The position numbers were made by a program, and so were the translations under genes. Under the pieces are notes generated by a model that was given only the letters and a program-made list of their open reading frames with translations, searched no databases and was not told the origin of the DNA. Below are positions 10,721-18,471 of a stretch of DNA of 64,000 nt, piece after piece. Origin of the DNA: an uncultured Lentimicrobiaceae bacterium (lineage in GTDB: Bacteria > Bacteroidota > Bacteroidia > Bacteroidales > 4484-276); the NCBI GenBank assembly GCA_964523795.1, contig CAZGAO010000009.1, forward strand, positions 25,929 to 89,928. The letters run 5' to 3'. How positions within the stretch are numbered: position 1 is the stretch's first letter; every line of letters starts with the position of its first letter.

Positions 10721-11368
10721 ATGAAAAAACAATTCTCCATCATTTTGCTAATGTTAATAGCAGGAATCACAACATTTGTTTCGTGTAAAAAAGAAACAAC
10801 GGAAATTTACAATCCGGCCGAAATCACCTTTAAAACATTGGAGCAGAGGCTCACCTCGCAGGGATGGCTGGCGTTTACTGCCGGAAATTATCAGCAGGCC
10901 GTGGATTCGTTCAATTTGGCCACACAGGCCAACAGCCTTTTTATGGATGCATACAACGGTTTGGGCTGGGCCTACGCCAGGCTTGACTTACTGGAACTGG
11001 CGCACAACAGTTTTACTACCTGCATGGTATCGCAAGAAAATATGCAGATTTATAAAGATGCCTGTGCAGGTCGCTCTTTTGTCAATCTGGCCATGGATAA
11101 TTATGCTAAAGCAATCCAGGATGTTGATAAGACCATTTTGGATGAAATTGAGCCGGGTTACTATTATACTTACCTGGATTATATTTTTAGGCACGAATCA
11201 GGCATTAATCAAAATAATCTATTGCTGGTAAAAGCCGAATCCTATTTTATGCTGGGTGCCTACGAAGCTTGTTTCAGTACGCTGGTTTTTATCGATGACA
11301 GCCTGGAAGAAACCACAAATCCCGAAGAGTTAGCCTTGATGATAGAACAATTAAAAGCAAGCATTTAA
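10721..11368 (+). CDS. TPR-like repeat lipoprotein
   Basis: Signal peptide with lipobox-like TTFVSC; helical-repeat sequence AYNGLGWAYARLDLLELAHNSF, YAKAIQDVDK. Confidence 0.45.
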   Translation: MKKQFSIILLMLIAGITTFVSCKKETTEIYNPAEITFKTLEQRLTSQGWLAFTAGNYQQAVDSFNLATQANSLFMDAYNGLGWAYARLDLLELAHNSFTTCMVSQENMQIYKDACAGRSFVNLAMDNYAKAIQDVDKTILDEIEPGYYYTYLDYIFRHESGINQNNLLLVKAESYFMLGAYEACFSTLVFIDDSLEETTNPEELALMIEQLKASI

Positions 11369-11401
11369 GAAATCAATTATTAACAATAAAATACAATAGC
11401 G

Positions 11402-14400
11402 ATGAAAAATATACAATACAAGATCAGGATTTTTACATTTATTGCAGCATGTACGCTGGGGCTTTTATTAACCCAAAGCCACCAAGCTACGGCACAGGTT
11501 CACCCCGATTTGGAAAATGTTTTGGAGAACCTGAACGATAATTACACAACGGTGAACAGTATCATCCCCAACCGCTACGATTTTACGAATGGAGAAACCG
11601 GATATTATATCTCCGATGGGGGTGATGATATGTACGATTATGGAAATTACCTATTCACCGACTATGGTGGCTCCATCAACTATTCAAATTATACAATTTC
11701 AACAAGCAGCTATTTTGGTGGTGAAGGAAAATATTTTACATGCAAATACCCAGGCTTGTTTGTCTTAGCAGCTAATCTTAATAGTATCAACACCTTTAGC
11801 ATAGAAGGTGATCTTGGTGGTTGGTCTGGATTAGTGGAGGGTGCCGTGCTTACGAGTGGGAACTATAAAGGGTTTGTAAAACGGGTTTATAGCAATAGTT
11901 CACCCTCGGTTAACCACCTTATTATCGTGGAAAACGATCCGGCAGTTAGCCAAACATATTCCAGTGCCTATTATTCTGATAACCATGTTGTCAATTCGCT
12001 GAACAATGTTACACGATTATACTACCTGCTGTATGCCGGCAGCAACGGTGCATACATCGACAATGCCGCCACCCAGGATATTATGGATGCCTTTGTGGCC
12101 TTGCTGCGCACCGACAGTATCCCTCCCAATCCGGTGAGCAATTTGGTGATGAGTGAAATTTTAAATTCCAGTGCTACCGTGAGTTTCACCGCACCCTCGG
12201 ATGATGAAATCACCGAGCCGGTTAATGCTTATGATGTGCGGCTCAGCACTTCGCCAATTACTTCTTTAAATTATTTTAATGCTCCTGAATATGAGCAAAG
12301 CATGGTTCCCGGCACTCCAGGCTCAAGCGAAACCCTTGCACTTACCGACTTACTTGGCGCAACTCAATACTGGTTAGGCATAAAGTCGATGGACGAAGGC
12401 GAAAACTATTCTTCGGCGGTAATTACTTCATTCACCACCGGGCTTGATCCTACCATAGAAGTTTCGGTGGAAAGCTTGGATTTTGACCTGGCCATTGGCG
12501 AAACAGGAAGTGGAAGTTTTAATATTTCAAATACCTCAAGCGGGACAGCCCCTCTGAGCTACTCCATAAATGTAGAAGCCCCGCCAATAAACGATTTTCT
12601 GTGCTACGTGCCGGTCGATTACCAAAAACTGGTTGAGGTTAATCTGCAAACAAATCAGCAGGAAGCTATCGATATCCACTTTCAGGCATCGCAGGTTGAT
12701 TATGTTAGTAATAGCGATGATGTGTGGGCTAGCAGTACCAGCTCTGACAGGGTTGCAGTTATTTCTGCCATTGATCATAGCATTAAAAAAGAGCTGACTC
12801 TGAATAATCTATTCAGGGTTTGCATGCCGAAAAACCAGGATTTGGCTTATCTGGTTTTTCACTCAAACCAAACCAGTGTGCAGATATATAACACCAATTC
12901 TATTACGCTTGCAAACTCGTATGTACTTCCCATATCAGGACAGCCCGATGATGTAAAAATTACGCCCGATGGCTCTAAAATATGTGTGCTGGATAATTAT
13001 TATTTTAAAACTTTTGATGCCACAAATGGACAAGAATTGAATAGTTTTTATTTGGATTATTCCCCTGCTAATAATTTCATCATTTCCAATGATGGTAATT
13101 TTGCCTATGGTTACAATTCGGGTTATGGTGCCATTAATAAGATTAACCTAAACAACGGCGACCAGAGCTATGTAGCTACTTCTTATTATACTGCAGCTCT
13201 TACGCTTTCGCCAGATGACCAGACTCTTTTTGTAGGCTATAGTTCTTATCCCTACATTACAGTGATCAACGCCCAAACAATGCAGACACTGTACAATCTG
13301 AACACAGCAGAAAGCAGCACCACAACTGATCTGCATGTGTCGGAAGATGGTAAATTTTTGTATTGCCTGAGTAGATACGATAACAATATCACCACTTTCG
13401 ATCTTATAACTTCACAAATTGTTGGAAGTATTGCTGTGGGTTATAATGCCTACTCATTTGCTTTTCCGGGTGGCTACTTCGATTACCTCACCGTTAATCC
13501 CACCGAAGGAATTTTGCCTGCTAACCAGCAACAGGAAATAGAAATTACCATTGATAGCAAAGGCTTGCTGCCCGGAATTTACCAGGCCAGCCTGCTAATC
13601 AACAGCAACGACCCTGCCTCCCCAAGCATAAGCATTCCTATTAACATAACAGCAAATGATATTATTGGCCCTGATTTTAATATTGCCTTCTTCCAAAATC
13701 AATATCTGACAAGCAATCTTAAGGTGCTGATTTTTGCCCGTGAACCATTGCCTCAATATCCGAGCCTGAGTGCCGGAACCGATAATGTGGAAGTGGAAAT
13801 GCTCGATTCGCTAAACCATATTTACATGGCCGGCTATAAACTTGGTGCCACGCAAAACATCACTTTTACAGTTAGTGGGAAGGACAGCGTTGGGAATACC
13901 TCAACTTTCGATCGGGTTTTGAGCAGCACACTTGCCCTGAAAAATGCACGTATTGCAGCCATTTACCCCAACGAGGAGGTGAATGTAGATTTTGATTCCG
14001 AAACTTTTATCAACGATACTTATCTTACCATCTGGAAAGAAGAAGTGGATGATGAAACCATTTATCACATCGGGCCTGAAGCAATGCAAACAGATAAGTC
14101 TGCTACGCTGTCGATATCATGGCCTGATGCCATGAAGCAGACAGTAAAACCCGAAAACATGGCCATATACCGGCAGGATGCGGAGGCTGAAACCTGGATT
14201 GAGATACCAAGCTACATCAACAGGTTGAATGAGCAGGTTGTTGCCGAAATAGATAAGTTGGGAATTTATAAAATTGGCATCAATCAAAACACCCATTCCT
14301 TGGATGTGCCTCCCAAAACAAGTTTAGCAGAAATGGTGCAAGCCTCACCCAATCCATTTTCAGGAATTACCACATTGAGCTATCAAAATCCTGAAGAAGG

Positions 14401-14584
14401 ACAAGTTCAGATTTCTTTGTACGATCTTGCCGGAAATAAAATTTCAACCCTCTTTAATGAATATCAGCCGGAAGGCATCAACAACTTTTCGCTGGATGGA
14501 CGGGTTCTGAAAAATGGCATGTATTTATGCAAAATAAACACCGGCAGCGGTGAGCTGATACAGCGACTTGTAAAGATTAACTAA
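11402..14584 (+). CDS. T9SS-secreted protein with Fn3-like and YVTN/lactonase-type beta-propeller repeats and C-terminal Por sorting domain
   Basis: Signal peptide; repeated motifs DVKITPDGSKICVLDNYY, LSPDDQTLFVGYSSYPYITVINAQT, LHVSEDGKFLYCLSRYDNNITTFDL; C-terminal ASPNPFSGITTLSYQ...MYLCKINTGSGELIQRLVKIN is a T9SS CTD. Confidence 0.6.
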   Translation: MKNIQYKIRIFTFIAACTLGLLLTQSHQATAQVHPDLENVLENLNDNYTTVNSIIPNRYDFTNGETGYYISDGGDDMYDYGNYLFTDYGGSINYSNYTISTSSYFGGEGKYFTCKYPGLFVLAANLNSINTFSIEGDLGGWSGLVEGAVLTSGNYKGFVKRVYSNSSPSVNHLIIVENDPAVSQTYSSAYYSDNHVVNSLNNVTRLYYLLYAGSNGAYIDNAATQDIMDAFVALLRTDSIPPNPVSNLVMSEILNSSATVSFTAPSDDEITEPVNAYDVRLSTSPITSLNYFNAPEYEQSMVPGTPGSSETLALTDLLGATQYWLGIKSMDEGENYSSAVITSFTTGLDPTIEVSVESLDFDLAIGETGSGSFNISNTSSGTAPLSYSINVEAPPINDFLCYVPVDYQKLVEVNLQTNQQEAIDIHFQASQVDYVSNSDDVWASSTSSDRVAVISAIDHSIKKELTLNNLFRVCMPKNQDLAYLVFHSNQTSVQIYNTNSITLANSYVLPISGQPDDVKITPDGSKICVLDNYYFKTFDATNGQELNSFYLDYSPANNFIISNDGNFAYGYNSGYGAINKINLNNGDQSYVATSYYTAALTLSPDDQTLFVGYSSYPYITVINAQTMQTLYNLNTAESSTTTDLHVSEDGKFLYCLSRYDNNITTFDLITSQIVGSIAVGYNAYSFAFPGGYFDYLTVNPTEGILPANQQQEIEITIDSKGLLPGIYQASLLINSNDPASPSISIPINITANDIIGPDFNIAFFQNQYLTSNLKVLIFAREPLPQYPSLSAGTDNVEVEMLDSLNHIYMAGYKLGATQNITFTVSGKDSVGNTSTFDRVLSSTLALKNARIAAIYPNEEVNVDFDSETFINDTYLTIWKEEVDDETIYHIGPEAMQTDKSATLSISWPDAMKQTVKPENMAIYRQDAEAETWIEIPSYINRLNEQVVAEIDKLGIYKIGINQNTHSLDVPPKTSLAEMVQASPNPFSGITTLSYQNPEEGQVQISLYDLAGNKISTLFNEYQPEGINNFSLDGRVLKNGMYLCKINTGSGELIQRLVKIN

Positions 14585-14632
14585 GTAAGGGGGTGAAACA
14601 ACTTCGCCTGTAACAACAAATTTTTTGTGTAG

Positions 14633-14676
14633 CCACACTTGCCCGCTCGAAGTCGGGCAAGTGTGGATTCTATTTT
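14633..14676 (+). terminator. Hairpin (13-bp stem CCACACTTGCCCG / CGGGCAAGTGTGG, 8-nt loop) followed by a U-rich tract; likely terminator of the 11402-14584 gene
   Basis: Perfect inverted repeat at 14633-14645 / 14654-14666, then ATTCTATTTT. Confidence 0.4.
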
Positions 14677-14783
14677 CGCGTGAATACGGATGCAAATTCC
14701 GGTTAATCTGTTTGTGTAAAGTCAAAAAGTTTCTTTTAAAACCCAAATTTTTATTAAAAATATCAAAGTTGTGATATTAAGTA

Positions 14784-14791
14784 TATCTTTG
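14784..14791 (+). promoter_or_regulatory. Bacteroidota -7 element TAtcTTTG upstream of the csp gene
   Basis: Matches the TAnnTTTG consensus of Bacteroides sigma-A promoters about 40 nt upstream of the csp ATG; the downstream leader CTTTGCAGCG(A/T)C..AATTTAAT is shared with the sRNA candidate at 48909. Confidence 0.35.
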
Positions 14792-14830
14792 CAGCGACAA
14801 TTTTAATTAAATAACAGTATTATTATTAGT

Positions 14831-15022
14831 ATGAAAGAAGGTAAAGTAAAATTCTTCAACGAAGCCAAAGGTTTTGGTTTTATTAAAGATGCAGAAACAG
14901 ACGAAGAATACTTCGTACACGTAACCGGTCTTATCGATCGCATTAACGAAGATGACGATGTATCGTTTGAACTCAAGCAAGGCAAAAAAGGATTGAACGC
15001 TGTAAATGTGAAACTTATCTAG
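14831..15022 (+). CDS. csp: Cold-shock protein (CspA family, S1-like cold-shock domain)
   Basis: 63 aa; MKEGKVKFFNEAKGFGFIKDAETDEEYFVHVTGL... contains the RNP1-like KGFGFI and RNP2-like VFVHF-type motifs typical of CspA. Confidence 0.9.
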   Translation: MKEGKVKFFNEAKGFGFIKDAETDEEYFVHVTGLIDRINEDDDVSFELKQGKKGLNAVNVKLI

Positions 15023-15046
15023 TTTATAATAAGTAAAGAAATCCTA

Positions 15047-15077
15047 AAAGCCCCAAATTTATTTGGGGCTTTTTTTG
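15047..15077 (+). terminator. Rho-independent terminator after csp
   Basis: AAAAGCCCCAAATTTATTTGGGGCTTTTTTTGTG: GC stem (GCCCCA/TGGGGC) followed by a T7 run. Confidence 0.7.
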
Positions 15078-15165
15078 TGCCCATTTCCCACCTTCCGATA
15101 AAATCAACTATTTTAGTTGCCTGAATAATATTTTATCATTCACCACTCACTAAACGATTTTTGCT

Positions 15166-18150
15166 ATGCGCGTATTTACGATCAAAACGGCTTTCCTCAT
15201 CCTTGTTCTTGCTTGCTCTATCCCGCTATCAGCGCAGGTTGTAATCAACGAATACTCCGCATCCAACCTGAGTAGTTTTATGGATAACTACGAAAAATAC
15301 GAAGACTGGGTCGAACTTTACAACCCGGGTTTCTCAGCGGTGGATTTGGACGGCTACGGCCTGAGCGATAAAATAAATAATCCTTTCAAGTGGGTCTTTC
15401 CCGAAGGTACCCTCATACCTGCCAATGGATTTTTGCGGATATGGGCTTCGGGGCGCAACGAAAGCACTTCCCCCAATCATCTGCATAGCAATTTCAAATT
15501 ATCTCAAACCAAAGATGAAGCCGAGCACGTGGTGCTGACCGATCCATCGGGTACAAGCCTGGATGAGGTGCAACTTGCCCTGACCCAAACAGAACACTCG
15601 CGTGGTCGTATCAGCAATGGCTCGGAACAATGGGCGGTTTTTACAAATCCCACTCCGGCCGGGTCGAACAACGGTGCCGCCGCCTATGAACGCTATGCCC
15701 TGAAACCGGAGATGAACATGCCCGCAGGTTTTTACGATAACGGACTCTTGATTTCACTCAGCACCGATGAAACCGATGCTTCGATCCATTTTACCCTGGA
15801 TGGAAGTAAGCCCACCAGTGCATCGCAGCTTTTTACCACGCCCATTTCCATTAGCGAAACTACCATCGTCAAAGCGATTACGGTAAGCGATGATGCCAAT
15901 GTTTTGAACAGTTTTATTTGTTTCAATACCTATTTTATCAACGAAAGTCATAGCCTCGCCGTAATGTCCTTGTCGGCCGCTGACCTCGACAATCTGCTTA
16001 ATGGCAATCAGTCGCTCAGACCCTTTGGCACTTTCGAGTATTTTAACGGCGAGGGCGAAAGAACCACCTTTGGCTATGGCGAGTTTAACGAACATGGCCA
16101 GGATTCGTGGGTTCACGACCAGCGCAGCATCGACTATATCAGTCGCGATGAGTGTGGCTATAATTACGCCATCCGCGAAAAGCTAATCCCCTTTAGCGAC
16201 CGCGATGAGTTTCAGCGCGTCATCCTGCGTGCCGCCGGCGACGACAATTATCCTGGCATCGACACCAGTGCTCACCTGCGCGATTATTTTATCCAAAATA
16301 CTGCCGACAAGGGCGGTTTGCACCTGGACGTGCGCAAAGGACAAAAAGGAGTGATTTATGTTAACGGCGAATATTGGGGCGTGTATGGCTTTCGCGAAAA
16401 GGTGAGCGACCACGATTTTACCGAGTATTATTACGATCAGGATAAATACAATATTTATTTCCTCAAACTGTGGGGCGGCACTTGGGCCGAATATGGCGGC
16501 CAGGCGGCCTTTGATGATTGGAACGAGCTGCACGACTTTATTAAAAACCAAAATATGAATAACCTTGAAAACTGGGATTATGTAAAATCAAGGTATGATT
16601 ACAAAAGTCTGGTCGATTATATCCATATCAATTCTTTTGTGGTTTGCTCGGATTGGATAAACTGGAACGTGGGCTGGTGGCGCGGCTTAAACCCGGAGGG
16701 TGGCCACCAGAAGTGGGGCTATATTTTGTGGGACGAAGATGCTACCTTTGCCCATTACATCAACTACACCGGCGTTCCGGGCATTAGTCCTTACACCAGT
16801 CCCTGTTTTCCTGAAGGCTTATCGAGCGATCCCGAAGAGCATATCCTGGTGCTGAATAAGCTGCGTGCCAATCCTGAATTTAACAACTACTATATTTCGA
16901 GATATGTTGATTTGTACAACACGGTTTTTCGTCCCGAGCGCATGATTGCCTACCTGGATTCGATCGAGGTGGAGATGGAAGACGAGATGGCGCAGCATGT
17001 GCTTCGCTGGGGTGGTTCGGTGGAGCAGTGGAGAAACAATGTGCAGAAAATCCGCAATTTCATTGCAAATCGTCATAATTATCTTCCCCAGGGTTTTGAT
17101 AACTGTTGGGATCTGGATGGCCCTTACCCGCTCAGCATAACCGTGGAACCCGAGGGAGCCGGAGCAGTACAGCTAAATTCGCTTACCCTGAACCAATTTC
17201 CTTTTCAGGGCGATTATTTTGGCGGTATCGATGTAAATCTGGAAGCCCTGCAAGTGAATCCCGAATATGAATTCGATTTCTGGGAATTAGAAAATCATAG
17301 CCTCGTGCCCAACGATAGTGCCCTGCAGGTAAGTCTGAATTTAAACCAGAGCGAAAATATTGTGGCGCATTTTAAGGAAAGGGTTTTTATGGATTCGCTG
17401 GTCATCAACGAAATTAACTATAACTCGGCCAACGATTTTGATACCGATGATTGGGTGGAATTGTATAATCCCCATTTGTACGACCTGGATATCGAAGGCT
17501 GGAAACTGATGGACAGCAACGATGATAATGTGTTTGTCTTTCCGTCGAATACCATCGTAGAATCAGACCAATACCTCGTGCTTTGTCGCGATTTGGAATT
17601 ATTCAACAGTTTCAATCCTAATGTTGAAAATGCAATAGGAAATATGGATTTTGGCTTTAGCAGCAACGGCGAGCTTATCCGGCTTTTCAACGAAGAAGGG
17701 GTTTTGATCGACACGGTACATTATCTCGATACGGAGCCTTGGCCGCTCGAACCTGACGGTAATGGCCCCAGCCTGGAGCTTATCCTTCCGCACTATAACA
17801 ATGCCCTCGCCGAAAGCTGGATGGCTTCGCCCATGCACGGCACGCCGGGCGAAATCAACAGCTACTGGCTAAACCTGCCCGAAGAGGCTCAGCAAAGCTC
17901 TGCACAATTAAGGGTTGTCCCCAATCCCGTTTCCGGGAATGCAATCGTGAAAATTGAAACTGCCGATGAGATTATAAACGCCAGCATTTTGCTTTACAAT
18001 GTTTTTGGTGCCTTGGTAAAAGAGGAGCACCACATCCACAGCAAACAATTATTCCTTGAAGTTGGGCAACTCGAAAAGGGTTTGTATCTGCTTCGCTTTA
18101 TTGATGAAAGTCAGGCTATTGATGTATCAATAAAAATTGTGGTGGAATAG
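15166..18150 (+). CDS. T9SS-secreted CotH kinase-family protein with two lamin-tail domains and C-terminal Por sorting domain
   Basis: Signal peptide; LTD motifs VVINEYSASN...DWVELYNPGFSAVDLDGYGL and LVINEINYNSANDFDTDDWVELYNP; CotH-like core (VIYVNGEYWGVYGFREK, YILWDEDATFAHY); C-terminal LRVVPNPVSGNAIVKIE...LYLLRFIDE... is a T9SS CTD. Confidence 0.7.
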   Translation: MRVFTIKTAFLILVLACSIPLSAQVVINEYSASNLSSFMDNYEKYEDWVELYNPGFSAVDLDGYGLSDKINNPFKWVFPEGTLIPANGFLRIWASGRNESTSPNHLHSNFKLSQTKDEAEHVVLTDPSGTSLDEVQLALTQTEHSRGRISNGSEQWAVFTNPTPAGSNNGAAAYERYALKPEMNMPAGFYDNGLLISLSTDETDASIHFTLDGSKPTSASQLFTTPISISETTIVKAITVSDDANVLNSFICFNTYFINESHSLAVMSLSAADLDNLLNGNQSLRPFGTFEYFNGEGERTTFGYGEFNEHGQDSWVHDQRSIDYISRDECGYNYAIREKLIPFSDRDEFQRVILRAAGDDNYPGIDTSAHLRDYFIQNTADKGGLHLDVRKGQKGVIYVNGEYWGVYGFREKVSDHDFTEYYYDQDKYNIYFLKLWGGTWAEYGGQAAFDDWNELHDFIKNQNMNNLENWDYVKSRYDYKSLVDYIHINSFVVCSDWINWNVGWWRGLNPEGGHQKWGYILWDEDATFAHYINYTGVPGISPYTSPCFPEGLSSDPEEHILVLNKLRANPEFNNYYISRYVDLYNTVFRPERMIAYLDSIEVEMEDEMAQHVLRWGGSVEQWRNNVQKIRNFIANRHNYLPQGFDNCWDLDGPYPLSITVEPEGAGAVQLNSLTLNQFPFQGDYFGGIDVNLEALQVNPEYEFDFWELENHSLVPNDSALQVSLNLNQSENIVAHFKERVFMDSLVINEINYNSANDFDTDDWVELYNPHLYDLDIEGWKLMDSNDDNVFVFPSNTIVESDQYLVLCRDLELFNSFNPNVENAIGNMDFGFSSNGELIRLFNEEGVLIDTVHYLDTEPWPLEPDGNGPSLELILPHYNNALAESWMASPMHGTPGEINSYWLNLPEEAQQSSAQLRVVPNPVSGNAIVKIETADEIINASILLYNVFGALVKEEHHIHSKQLFLEVGQLEKGLYLLRFIDESQAIDVSIKIVVE

Positions 18151-18158
18151 ATAAGTTT

Positions 18159-18249
18159 CAGAGACGCGCAAATTACGCGTCTGTACTGTTGCAAGCAATT
18201 TTTTATTTTCTTTTTGGAATTCCAGAGACGCGCAAATTGCGCGTCTGTG
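18159..18249. repeat. Two copies of a REP-like palindromic element CAGAGACGCGCAAATT(A/G)CGCGTCTGT
   Basis: 18159-18185 and 18223-18249; 8-bp GC-rich stem AGACGCGC/GCGCGTCT with a 6-7-nt loop. The same family recurs at 52964, 53048 and 54310. Confidence 0.55.
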
Positions 18250-18284
18250 CAAGCTCAGCATCTTTTATAAATCCAGGCATAAAA

Positions 18285-18396
18285 TCATTCGTGCATTTCT
18301 GCCAAAAATGGCGGGCAGGCGTGGCATCAGAAATAAAAATTCATTCGTGCATTTCCGCCAAAAAGGGCGGACAGGCGTGGCCTCAAAAATAAAAAA
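18285..18396. repeat. 56-bp tandem direct repeat (2 copies) in the upstream region of the 18472 gene
   Basis: TCATTCGTGCATTTCTGCCAAAAATGGCGGGCAGGCGTGGCATCAGAAATAAAAAT versus TCATTCGTGCATTTCCGCCAAAAAGGGCGGACAGGCGTGGCCTCAAAAATAAAAAA. Confidence 0.55.
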
Positions 18397-18471
18397 TTGT
18401 ATTTTTATCAAAAATTTGAGTAATTCGCAAATCAAAATTTGAGTCATTCGATAATCTAAAACGATATCATC

